Shown piece after piece: positions 19,364 to 28,140 of a stretch of DNA of 32,000 nucleotides (position 1 is the first letter of the stretch; each line of letters opens with the position of its first letter). The DNA is from Candidatus Saccharimonadota bacterium (GTDB lineage: Bacteria > Patescibacteriota > Saccharimonadia > Saccharimonadales > UBA4665). Under the pieces are notes generated by a model. The model was not told the DNA's origin and searched no databases. It saw only the letters and a list, made by a program, of their open reading frames with translations. The position numbers were made by a program, and so were the translations under genes. The DNA lies in contig CP064992.1 in NCBI GenBank assembly GCA_016699935.1, positions 540,001 to 572,000 of the forward strand, written 5' to 3'.

Positions 19364-21543
19364 TTTCAGCCCAGACTAATATTCAGAAGATCTTAAATGC
19401 ATCAGAGACTTATTATGAGATACCAAATTTTCAGCGGCCATATGCATGGCAGACAGGTAATGCGAACGAGTTTCTAGTAGATCTTGAAGACAGCGTAGCA
19501 AAACGCAAAAATCATTACTTTGGCACGGTCGTTTTAGTTGAAGAGACTGCAAGTACTTATTCAGTAGCTATCATTGACGGACAACAGCGTGTCACTACAT
19601 CGCTACTCATGGTAACGGCTATATATCATCTAGTAAAAAAAGACCCGTCACTAATTGAGAATCCTGAGACAACACCAGAGCTAATACGTGATCGCTACCT
19701 GTTTAATGCAAACATCGACAAGAATAAAGTGAAGCTTCGTACTGTTACGACTGACAACCAGATCTTGCAGCACATTTTTGATAAAGACGGTGAAGAGTCA
19801 CGACTAGAGCCACGAGAACGAATGAGTAACATCTATCAGGTGTACTCGACCTTTCGTAAGTACTTTTCGACTCGCAAGGGTCTAGATAAATACATCGAAG
19901 GACTAAAGTTGTTTGAAGTCATTTCAATTACTCTCAATGGTAATGACGATAATCCGCAGAGAGTTTTCGAAAGTATAAATTCAACGGGTAAGCCACTAAC
20001 AGACGGTGACAAAATCCGTAACTTTGCTCTCATGCTAGGTAACGACAAGCTACGCAATCATGTATACGACAATTATTGGTCGATCATTGAAGAATCACTT
20101 GTGGATTCGAACAAAGATAATATTACTGATTTCTTTCGTAGTTACATCATGTCGAAACGACAGGCTATTGTTCGCTTAGATGCGGTTTATCCTGAGTTTA
20201 AGAAGCAGTTTGATAGGCAGGTAGGAGAGTCACAAGAAGAAGTCAAAATTGACGCTTTCTACGCTGATATAGTTGAGTCGTTGGGCTTCTATAGGCTTCT
20301 GAAGCTCATAGATACTGATGATTTTGAAAGTCAGTATAAGGGCATTTGTGAAACCATATTTAAGATGCGGTATCTTCAGATTGACCTATATATTCCTTTC
20401 GCTATGAACGTATTGCGTCATCACGCAAATGGCGAACTTACTGATCAACAATTCGAAGATGTGTTTAAGCTAATCGAGACATATTTCTCACGTCGTATCG
20501 TGAGCGGTATTGCTACAACCAGTGTGGACCGATTCTTAGCTTCATTACACAAAGATATTCTTAGTTATCAGAAAGATAGTCCTGACGCAGATTATGTCGA
20601 TGTTCTTCGTTATATTCTTCTAAATCGTATTGGTCAAACCCGTATACCTGATGATGCAGAATACGAAAATGCAATTCGTACTCGTGAAGCATATTACCAA
20701 AGGAATTCATTCCTTATTTACGTTCTTACAGCGGTTGAAGGTACGTCTAAAGAAGCTGTTCATACCTTGCACCAAATCTCAGACGCTAAGTTGAAATTGT
20801 CTATCGAACACGTAATGCCGCAAACACTCACAAGCAGGGACTGGCAAGAGATGCTAGGTGATGATTACGAGCGAATTCACCGTGAATATTTGCACACACT
20901 GGCAAACCTAACGCTCACAGGCTACAACTCTGAATACTCTAATCGGCCTTACGCAGATAAGATGCATCTTGAGATCAAAGATAAAAAGACTGGCGAAGTT
21001 CAGAATGTAGGATTCGCTGACAGTAAGCTTCCTATAAATGTGTGGATAGCGAAACACGATGTCTGGAATGAAGATACATTGAAAGAGCGTCAAGCATGGT
21101 GGGTAAAGAAGCTTAAAGACACATGGTCATTCCCAGTTACTTCGTTCAAACCTATCGAAGAAGACACATCTGTGTACTTACTTGAAGCTACAGACTTGAA
21201 GGGTAGGAGCATACGCTCAGTAGATGTATTTGGTGAAAAGAACTCTGTTACTACATGGTCAGAAGCTTTAGATACCATCACAGAGTCGATATATAACCGA
21301 AACCCTGAGTTTATCGAAACCATTAGTAATGATGAGTGGCTCTCGAAAATTATTCGTCAGGATGCGAGTGCGTTCAATAGCAGTGCAGAGATATTAGACA
21401 CGGGATATTTCGTGGACACTGGAAATGACACAAATACTAAGCTTCGTATTATCAACGCACTAGGTAAGCTATTCGGTCTGACTCAGGATGATATAAAGGC
21501 AGAATTGACCGCTGACAAGCATATCGAAGAAGACGAAGAGTAG
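19360..21543 (+). CDS. GmrSD-like DUF262/DUF1524 protein (type IV restriction-family architecture) with an extra C-terminal region of roughly 190 aa
   Basis: Intact 727-aa ORF. The DUF262 motifs are YEIPNFQRPYAW and IIDGQQRVTT. The DUF1524 His-Me-finger-like block is LSIEHVMPQT...LHTLANLTLTGYNSEYSN. Its start overlaps the upstream stop (ATGA). Confidence 0.85.
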   Translation: MISAQTNIQKILNASETYYEIPNFQRPYAWQTGNANEFLVDLEDSVAKRKNHYFGTVVLVEETASTYSVAIIDGQQRVTTSLLMVTAIYHLVKKDPSLIENPETTPELIRDRYLFNANIDKNKVKLRTVTTDNQILQHIFDKDGEESRLEPRERMSNIYQVYSTFRKYFSTRKGLDKYIEGLKLFEVISITLNGNDDNPQRVFESINSTGKPLTDGDKIRNFALMLGNDKLRNHVYDNYWSIIEESLVDSNKDNITDFFRSYIMSKRQAIVRLDAVYPEFKKQFDRQVGESQEEVKIDAFYADIVESLGFYRLLKLIDTDDFESQYKGICETIFKMRYLQIDLYIPFAMNVLRHHANGELTDQQFEDVFKLIETYFSRRIVSGIATTSVDRFLASLHKDILSYQKDSPDADYVDVLRYILLNRIGQTRIPDDAEYENAIRTREAYYQRNSFLIYVLTAVEGTSKEAVHTLHQISDAKLKLSIEHVMPQTLTSRDWQEMLGDDYERIHREYLHTLANLTLTGYNSEYSNRPYADKMHLEIKDKKTGEVQNVGFADSKLPINVWIAKHDVWNEDTLKERQAWWVKKLKDTWSFPVTSFKPIEEDTSVYLLEATDLKGRSIRSVDVFGEKNSVTTWSEALDTITESIYNRNPEFIETISNDEWLSKIIRQDASAFNSSAEILDTGYFVDTGNDTNTKLRIINALGKLFGLTQDDIKAELTADKHIEEDEE

Positions 21544-21545
21544 AC

Positions 21546-22697
21546 ATGGATACGTCTGGATACTTCGACCTAACAGTTCCAGAGAATAATATTGATTCGC
21601 TGACTATAAATCAGCAAGATCATTTTGATTGTAGTCTAGTGAATAATGCTACGGGCGAAACATACAAAGGGTTCATTCTTGCAAAATCGCCACAGGGCAA
21701 TAATTTAACGGTGTGTGATACAGAATTCAAACGTTCTGGCACTGACAATAAGTATCAGCCCCGACTGACATTTCGTCGAGTAGATGATGAGTTTAATGAC
21801 GTTAATGCTCCCGCAGGTTCTAAAAGTCGTAGGATACCGTTCTCAGACGGCTCAGATGGTTATCGGGAGTTTTGGAAAATGGTGGCATTTCTATTTAAGT
21901 TCAAAGAGACGATCGACTTCGGTGAGTTTGATGGAACCTACCAAGTAATATCTGCTGAACAGCTAAAAGAGTATATGAATAATGCTTCTAATAATGACGC
22001 AATTATTAAAATGGCTGATGAGCTTGAAATTGAAGTCTCTGAGTTACTTAGAACAAAATCTACAATTAGACTACTAAAGACCTATAAAGAAAAATTAGAA
22101 GAATTTATCGAGACAAATGCTTCTGAAACAGATGTTCAAAATTGGCTTGATGAAGACGGTCACAAGTACAGGCAGCAGCGATGCATGATATTTGGACTTG
22201 AGTATATAGACTTTCAGCGTGAAGGTTCGTTGAGTTCGAAAAAATTCGATGTACTTACTAGGGTAGGCTCTAAGTATGTGGACCACGTGCTTATTGAATT
22301 GAAAAGCCCAGCAGATGATATATTTGAAGTTACTCAATCTAGCAGTATTAATAACCCTACTAGCACCTATCAGATTCACAAGCATCTAGCACGTGCTATA
22401 CCTCAAATTCTAGAGTATAAGAGCACACTTGAAGCAAAGCCAGCAGGTGATGCGGAGTTGGAGGAATTAGGTATTAAAGGGCAAGCTCATATCGGGAAGT
22501 GCATTATTGTAATTGGGAAACATAGTGATGATGCACGTTGGAAACAGAATCGAGAAAATCTAGTACGCTCTCTTGGATCTACACTAGAGATTTGGACATA
22601 TTCAGAGCTGTTCAATAAGCTTTCCTCAACGATTGAAAATCTAGAACGAATTAAAGAGCACGAAGAACCTGCTGAAGATTTATCGGACTGGTTTTAA
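21546..22697 (+). CDS. Shedu-like DUF4263 nuclease-family protein with an unrecognised N-terminal domain
   Basis: Intact 383-aa ORF. The C-terminal half has a PD-(D/E)xK-like pattern typical of DUF4263: ETDVQNWLDEDGHKY...KKFDVLTRVGSKYVDHVLIELKSPADDIF...LARAIPQILEYK...GKCIIVIGKHSDD...LEIWTYSELF. Confidence 0.7.
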   Translation: MDTSGYFDLTVPENNIDSLTINQQDHFDCSLVNNATGETYKGFILAKSPQGNNLTVCDTEFKRSGTDNKYQPRLTFRRVDDEFNDVNAPAGSKSRRIPFSDGSDGYREFWKMVAFLFKFKETIDFGEFDGTYQVISAEQLKEYMNNASNNDAIIKMADELEIEVSELLRTKSTIRLLKTYKEKLEEFIETNASETDVQNWLDEDGHKYRQQRCMIFGLEYIDFQREGSLSSKKFDVLTRVGSKYVDHVLIELKSPADDIFEVTQSSSINNPTSTYQIHKHLARAIPQILEYKSTLEAKPAGDAELEELGIKGQAHIGKCIIVIGKHSDDARWKQNRENLVRSLGSTLEIWTYSELFNKLSSTIENLERIKEHEEPAEDLSDWF

Positions 22698-24178
22698 TGA
22701 TGATGCAACTATCAAAATCTGATTACATGCTTTATCTCGCACACCCTGCATGGTTGTGGATGAAAAAACATGCAAAGACCTTACTGCCAGCTATAGACCC
22801 TGCAACACAAGCAATTTTCGATACTGGTCACGAATTCGAACAGTACGCAGAAGCTTTATTCCCAAGTGGTGTCACGCTTGGATTTAGTGATTATGATGAG
22901 TATCTTTCATTACCTGAGAGGACCACACGGGCACTAGACGATGGAATTCTCACGATATTTCAGGGTAGATTTGAGCACGAACAACTAACTTTTATTTGTG
23001 ATGTGATTCAGGTCGTTGATGGTAAAGAGATTGACCTGATTGAGATTAAGTCGAGTACAAGTGCTAAGCCTGAGCATATTACAGACCTTGCGTTTCAGAT
23101 GTTCGTTTTAGAAAAGTGTGGGTATACCGTAAGAAATGTAGCGGTAGTACACGTCAATAATCAGTATGTTCGTAATGGTGAAATTGACGCTAAGCAGATC
23201 ACGTTTAGAACTGATGTCACTGATGCAGTTAAGGCTGCGAAAGATTTTACGATAACAAAGATCGACGAAGCATTAGAAACAATGTCTCTGACTGAATGCC
23301 CAGATGCATCTCCTCTACATGCGAGCACTAAATCATTTGGTGATTGGTTGCAAATTTACAAACACTTAAAGAACCCAAAGGCTGGAAGTATTTACGACTT
23401 ATGCCAGATGGATGCGAAGACATTAAGTAACCTTCAACAAAATAACATTACACACGTAAAAGACATTCCACCTGACTTTGTTCTGAAGCCAAAGCAACGA
23501 CTTCAAGTTGAGGCACTTCGACAGGGAAGACCTACGATCAGTAAAGACAAAATCAAGTCATTCTTAGATTCATTTAGCTACCCTCTATACTTTTATGATT
23601 ACGAAACATTAAGTAGTTTAGTGCCTTACTTTGATGGTCTAAAGCCTTACCAACAGTTACCGTTTCAATATTCGATTCATATTTTAGACAGCCCAGATGC
23701 AGAGCTAAGACATGAAGAGTTCTTGCATCGTGATAGTGCAAATCCTGCTGAAGCACTAACGAAATCTCTCGTCTCACATATAGGGGATGAGGGGACAGTA
23801 CTTGCGTGGAATATGGGTTTTGAAAAGAGCTGTAACACATTACTTGGTACGATAGTGCCAGAGTATGCAGATTTCTACAGTAAGCTTAATGAAAGAATTG
23901 TAGATCTAATGATTCCTTTCTCGCAGAATTGGTATGTTGATGCTGATTTTTGTGGGAGTGCATCTATCAAGAAAGTCCTACCCGTACTCGTACCATCTCT
24001 GTCACACAAGGACCTAGATATTTCTGATGGTAGTTCAGCTCAGAGGCTATGGATGGAAGCTATTCTTGATGGGAAGCGACCTGACGAAAAAGAAAAGATT
24101 CTTAATGACTTGCTCGATTATTGTAAGCTCGACACACTTGCTATGGTTGAAATATTTAACGTTTTACGAAAAATATAG
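22697..24178 (+). CDS. DUF2779 domain protein (RecB/Cas4-like PD-(D/E)xK N-terminal part and an RNase-H-fold-like C-terminal part)
   Basis: Intact 493-aa ORF. The N-terminus LSKSDYMLYLAHPAWLWMKKH is the typical DUF2779-family start. It also contains EIDLIEIKSSTS and the C-terminal YFYDYETLSSLVPYFDGLKPYQQLPFQYSIHIL. Its start overlaps the upstream stop (TAATG). Confidence 0.7.
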   Translation: MMMQLSKSDYMLYLAHPAWLWMKKHAKTLLPAIDPATQAIFDTGHEFEQYAEALFPSGVTLGFSDYDEYLSLPERTTRALDDGILTIFQGRFEHEQLTFICDVIQVVDGKEIDLIEIKSSTSAKPEHITDLAFQMFVLEKCGYTVRNVAVVHVNNQYVRNGEIDAKQITFRTDVTDAVKAAKDFTITKIDEALETMSLTECPDASPLHASTKSFGDWLQIYKHLKNPKAGSIYDLCQMDAKTLSNLQQNNITHVKDIPPDFVLKPKQRLQVEALRQGRPTISKDKIKSFLDSFSYPLYFYDYETLSSLVPYFDGLKPYQQLPFQYSIHILDSPDAELRHEEFLHRDSANPAEALTKSLVSHIGDEGTVLAWNMGFEKSCNTLLGTIVPEYADFYSKLNERIVDLMIPFSQNWYVDADFCGSASIKKVLPVLVPSLSHKDLDISDGSSAQRLWMEAILDGKRPDEKEKILNDLLDYCKLDTLAMVEIFNVLRKI

Positions 24179-24214
24179 TGGTGCGTGTGGTGGGGTAGCA
24201 ATTATCTGGAAAAA
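24170..24214. repeat. Left copy of a perfect 45-bp direct repeat (aaaatatagtggtgcgtgtggtggggtagcaattatctggaaaaa)
   Basis: Identical to 27794-27838. It overlaps the last three codons and the stop of the DUF2779 gene. Confidence 0.95.
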
Positions 24215-24313
24215 GTGAACGAACATTAACCATACAAACACACTGTAGGAGCGTCCCAGAGGTCATAGGGGGTTTTTAAGACAAAAGATGAGATATTCAC
24301 TGTGCTTGCTTAG

Positions 24314-24327
24314 TACCCCTAGGGGTA
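24314..24327. promoter_or_regulatory. CsoR-type operator palindrome TACCCCTAGGGGTA overlapping a -10-like TATATACT
   Basis: A perfect 14-bp GC-core palindrome lies 14 nt upstream of the csoR-family start codon. It matches the general TAC-C4..G4-GTA architecture of CsoR operators. Confidence 0.6.
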
Positions 24328-24340
24328 TATACTTTAAGAC

Positions 24341-24625
24341 ATGAGAATAGACATAAAAAAGCGGGCAAGTCACCGAACTAAAATCATTGAAGGTCAGATT
24401 AAGGGCTTGCAGAAGATGATAGATAAAGAAGATTACTGCATGGATATTCTGACCCAGTCCTTAGCCATTCAAAAGTCATTAGCTTCGCTTCACAAATTAG
24501 TATTAGAAAATCATATAACTACTCACATCACAGATATGCTTGCTTCTGGTAAGGAGAAGGAACAAACCAAAGCTCTTGAAGAACTATTGAAACTATACGA
24601 GCTTAATAACATTCGGGGTAAATAA
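24341..24625 (+). CDS. csoR: CsoR/RcnR-family metal-sensing transcriptional repressor
   Basis: Intact 94-aa ORF. RTKIIEGQIKGLQKMIDKEDYCMDILTQSLAIQKSL...LENHITTHI is the family signature. The ligand positions read Cys-His-His, not the Cys-His-Cys of classical Cu(I) CsoR. Confidence 0.85.
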   Translation: MRIDIKKRASHRTKIIEGQIKGLQKMIDKEDYCMDILTQSLAIQKSLASLHKLVLENHITTHITDMLASGKEKEQTKALEELLKLYELNNIRGK

Positions 24626-24627
24626 CT

Positions 24628-24993
24628 GTGAAGTATCTAAAAGTACTTAAAAGAGTGGCTTTGCTGCTTGCGGTGTTACTCCTAAATTCTGTGACTTTTG
24701 CTGCACATAGTTCAGCTATGCCAGTAATGGCTCACGATATGGCTGGGATGAACCATAAGGCTAATGACAATACCTCTTGTGCTACACAGTGTCGCACAGC
24801 CGTTTTTAACAAAGAAGATGCAATCAATTCACGTTACGATGAAGAAGATGACGAACCAGTCGTGCCTTTTTACTCACAGAACCAAGCTTGGCTATTTAGT
24901 GATACGCATGTAACTCAAAAGTTGTATGCAGACTCGATAAAGCCACCGCCTAAGATACCAATATATATTCTCTACGGTGTCTTTAGAGTTTAG
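24628..24993 (+). CDS. Secreted Met/His-rich hypothetical protein (GTG start)
   Basis: A signal-peptide-like N-terminus (KRVALLLAVLLLNSVTFAAHS) is followed by MPVMAHDMAGMNH. It lies between the repressor and DUF305 genes in the same orientation. Confidence 0.5.
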   Translation: MKYLKVLKRVALLLAVLLLNSVTFAAHSSAMPVMAHDMAGMNHKANDNTSCATQCRTAVFNKEDAINSRYDEEDDEPVVPFYSQNQAWLFSDTHVTQKLYADSIKPPPKIPIYILYGVFRV

Positions 24994-25043
24994 GATTCGT
25001 TTGTTAATTCAAACCGTATCTTAAACGTAAATCAGGAGAACCT

Positions 25044-25709
25044 ATGAAGAACAAGAACAACATAATCATCGTGGCAATAGTCGCAATCGTTGCCATTGCG
25101 GGGGTAAGTATCTACGCCCTTAATAAAGATAACGATATGATGGACGGCAACAATATGATGGGTGGCAACTCGTCACAACAAGCAAGTACTGTCACTGTAG
25201 ATAAAGACTCGGCTGATTACAAAATGTACAGCGAACTTAAGGGCGAAGACTATGACCGAATGTTTCTAGCTAATATGATTGCCCACCATCAAGGTGCGGT
25301 TGATATGGCTAAGCTGGCTCTAACTAATGCTAAGCACCAAGAAATAAAAGATATGGCTAACAATATCATCACGGCTCAGACAAAAGAGATTGGCGAAATG
25401 CAAAGCTGGCAGACAGCTTGGGGCTACCCTGCAAGCAGTGGTGAAATGATGATGGATCACTCCTCAATGGGAATGATGGACGATATGGCTGGAATGACGA
25501 ATAAGCTAAAAGGTTTAACGGGTGATGAGTTTGATAAGGCCTTTTTATCTTCAATGATTGAACACCACCAATCAGCTATAAATATGGCGTACTCAGGTAA
25601 AACCAATGCACAACATCAAGAAGTAAAAACGCTCACAGTAGCTATCGTAGACGCACAGAGTAAAGAGATTACTCAAATGAAGCAATGGCAAAAGGAGTGG
25701 GGCTACTAA
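25044..25709 (+). CDS. DUF305 domain protein (two repeats), membrane-anchored or secreted
   Basis: The motif is duplicated: DRMFLANMIAHHQGAVDMAKLAL...EIGEMQSWQTAWGY and DKAFLSSMIEHHQSAINMA...EITQMKQWQKEWGY. An N-terminal TM segment is present. Confidence 0.8.
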   Translation: MKNKNNIIIVAIVAIVAIAGVSIYALNKDNDMMDGNNMMGGNSSQQASTVTVDKDSADYKMYSELKGEDYDRMFLANMIAHHQGAVDMAKLALTNAKHQEIKDMANNIITAQTKEIGEMQSWQTAWGYPASSGEMMMDHSSMGMMDDMAGMTNKLKGLTGDEFDKAFLSSMIEHHQSAINMAYSGKTNAQHQEVKTLTVAIVDAQSKEITQMKQWQKEWGY

Positions 25710-25722
25710 GCCAGGAGTATTT

Positions 25723-27735
25723 ATGGATCATTCGCACCACGAACACCAGCATATGGAACATCAGGAACACGATAAACACGCTGGTCATTCAGTGGCTATG
25801 TTTAAGGATAAGTTTTGGTTGTCACTAATACTGACGATACCCGTCTTGGTTTATTCCGAGATGATACAGCAGTGGTTACACTTCACACCGCCAGCATTTC
25901 CAGGCTCTCAATACGTTCCATTTGTGTTTAGTACCATCATCTTTTTCTATGGTGGTATGGTGTTCATCAAGAGTGCGATGGGCGAATTAAAAGCTAGGTT
26001 GCCAGGTATGATGACTTTAATCAGCCTGGCAATCATCACGGCATACGTCTATAGCGTTGCGACACAGTTCTTTATCGGTGGTGAAGGCTTTTTTGGGAAT
26101 TAGCCACACTGGTGACAATTATGTTGCTTGGTCATTGGCTAGAAATGGCTTCGGTAGCAAAGGCTGAAAATGCTTTAGACGCAATCTCAAAGCTACTGCC
26201 AGATAAGGCTGAAAAGTTAGTTAATGGAAAACCAAAGATGGTTTTAGTAAGCGAACTAAGTGTTGGCGACTTGGTATTAGTAAGACCAGGCACGAGAATA
26301 CCGATTGACGGTGTAATAACAGACGGGACATCATCAATAGATGAGGCTGCTATCACTGGCGAGTCAAAACCTGTAAGTAAAACCGTCAATGATAAGGTTG
26401 TTGCTGGAACCGTAAATCAAGACGGCTCAATCAAAGTTAAAGTTACGGAACTTGGAGATGATACTGCACTTGCAGGAATTATGCGACTTGTTGCAGAAGC
26501 TCAAAGTTCAAAATCTAATGTGCAAGTATTGGCGGATAAGGCAGCTTTCTACCTAACCATCATAGCTATTGTTACAGCTATCGTAACGTTCATTGTGTGG
26601 CTAGTTCTTAAAGATGTTGGCTTTGCATTAGAGCGGTCAGTAACAGTTTTGATAATTGCTTGTCCTCACGCTCTTGGCTTGGCGATACCTTTAGTTGTAT
26701 CAATCTCTACTACACTGTCAGCGAAGAACGGTTTACTAGTACGAAAGCGATTAGCTCTTGAATCAGCACGTAAGCTAGACTGGGTGCTATTTGATAAGAC
26801 AGGTACTCTAACTAAGGGCGAACACGGCGTAACTGATATATGGGCAACCAAAGGTTACTCACAAGAAGACGTACTGCACCTAACAGCGAGCCTTGAGCAA
26901 AACAGTGAACATATTGTTGGTAAGGGTATCGTTCGTAGGGCAGAATCAGACCACGTACACCTTGATAAGGTTGCTGACTTCAAAGCATTGCCAGGCTTAG
27001 GCGTACAAGGAACTTTACACGGCAACGAAGTGTATATTGCAGCCAGCTACCGCTATATAGAAGAAAATAAGCTTACTGTTCCTAAAGAAATTGCCAATGC
27101 CGTAAAGCAAGCTGCCAAAGAGGGTAAAACCGAAGTTTATTTGATTACTAATAAAAAGGTAATTGGTGCTTTGGGTTTGGCCGACATAGTACGGGAAGAA
27201 TCGAAACAAACCATTAAAACCCTGCGAGAAATGGGGATTAAGACGGCTATGATCACTGGGGACACCGATGAAGTTGCTGCCTACGTCTCAAAGCAACTAG
27301 GACTAGACCAGTACTTTGCAGAAGTACGACCCGAAGATAAGTCTGCGAAAGTGAAAGAGTTACAAAAACGGTCAAAAGGTTGCAATGGTTGGTGATGGTA
27401 TAAATGATGCACCCGCACTTACCCAAGCAGACATTGGCATAGCTATCGGTGCCGGTACGGATGTCGCTATAAAATCAGCGGATATTATCTTGGTAAAGAG
27501 CAATCCTCAAGACGTAGTTAAAGTAATTAACCTGTCAAAGGCTACGTACAAGAAGATGACACAGAACTTAATATGGGCAACAGGCTATAACATCTTCGCA
27601 ATACCTCTGGCCGCTGGCGTATTGTACGGTGCTGGCATAGTGCTTGCACCTGCACTTGGCGCGATTCTAATGTCAGCATCGACTGTAGTAGTAGCCTTTA
27701 ATGCACAGCTTCTACGTAGAGCAAAGCTCAGTTGA
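25723..27735 (+). CDS. copB: P1B-type copper-transporting ATPase of CopB type (His-rich N-terminus, CPH motif); two frame breaks (T-run 26089-26094 and A-run 27364-27368)
   Basis: The N-terminus [22 protein letters not shown] is His-rich. Further motifs are TGES, the transmembrane CPHALGLA, the phosphorylation site FDKTGTLT, and [12 protein letters not shown]. The three track ORFs join when one base is added to each homopolymer. Confidence 0.9.
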
Positions 27736-27793
27736 TAATAGAGAGTAGCTGAGATAGTTAATCGACAAGCATTGTCTTATCATTTAGGCTTGT

Positions 27794-27838
27794 AAAATAT
27801 AGTGGTGCGTGTGGTGGGGTAGCAATTATCTGGAAAAA
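27794..27838. repeat. Right copy of the perfect 45-bp direct repeat
   Basis: Identical to 24170-24214. It lies 58 nt after the copB stop. Confidence 0.95.
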
Positions 27839-28140
27839 AACTCCCGTGGCCTTGCTCAATTATATTTCGAGTAAAAGATGAACGACATTTACAACATACA
27901 TTGCAGACTAGTAAAGGTCTGGTGATAGTTAAATCAGTAGGAATGACAGTTCACCATTTACCACCAGCAGTTTCTTGTAGTTCTTTAATCTGTTGAGGCG
28001 TATAGCCTCGTGTTCTTTTATCTAAAGGAGGCATCGAGAAGGTTATATCAAATGGTATTGTTGCGTCTTGTGAATACCAATGCTTAGCATCTAACCCAAC
28101 CTCTCTATCAGAATTAAGTTGTGTTGTGTCTCTTGTATCG

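Noticed and set aside
8252-23840. Numerous 60-115-aa ORFs antisense to the recombinase, primase-helicase, methylase, helicase, GmrSD-like, Shedu-like and DUF2779 genes (for example 8252-8596, 10421-10768, 13734-14068, 17269-17948, 19836-20057, 20908-21323, 22095-22385 and 23574-23840)
   Set aside because: Each lies entirely within a much longer ORF on the opposite strand that has recognisable motifs. I see no independent support for any of them.
28080-28101. The 19/22 direct repeat (7457-7478 versus 28080-28101) as the true att core and element boundary
   Set aside because: Using it as the crossover site yields a host sequence with stops in the ychF frame and no start codon for the upstream open frame. 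I interpret it as an internal duplication or relic of the recombinase 3' end.
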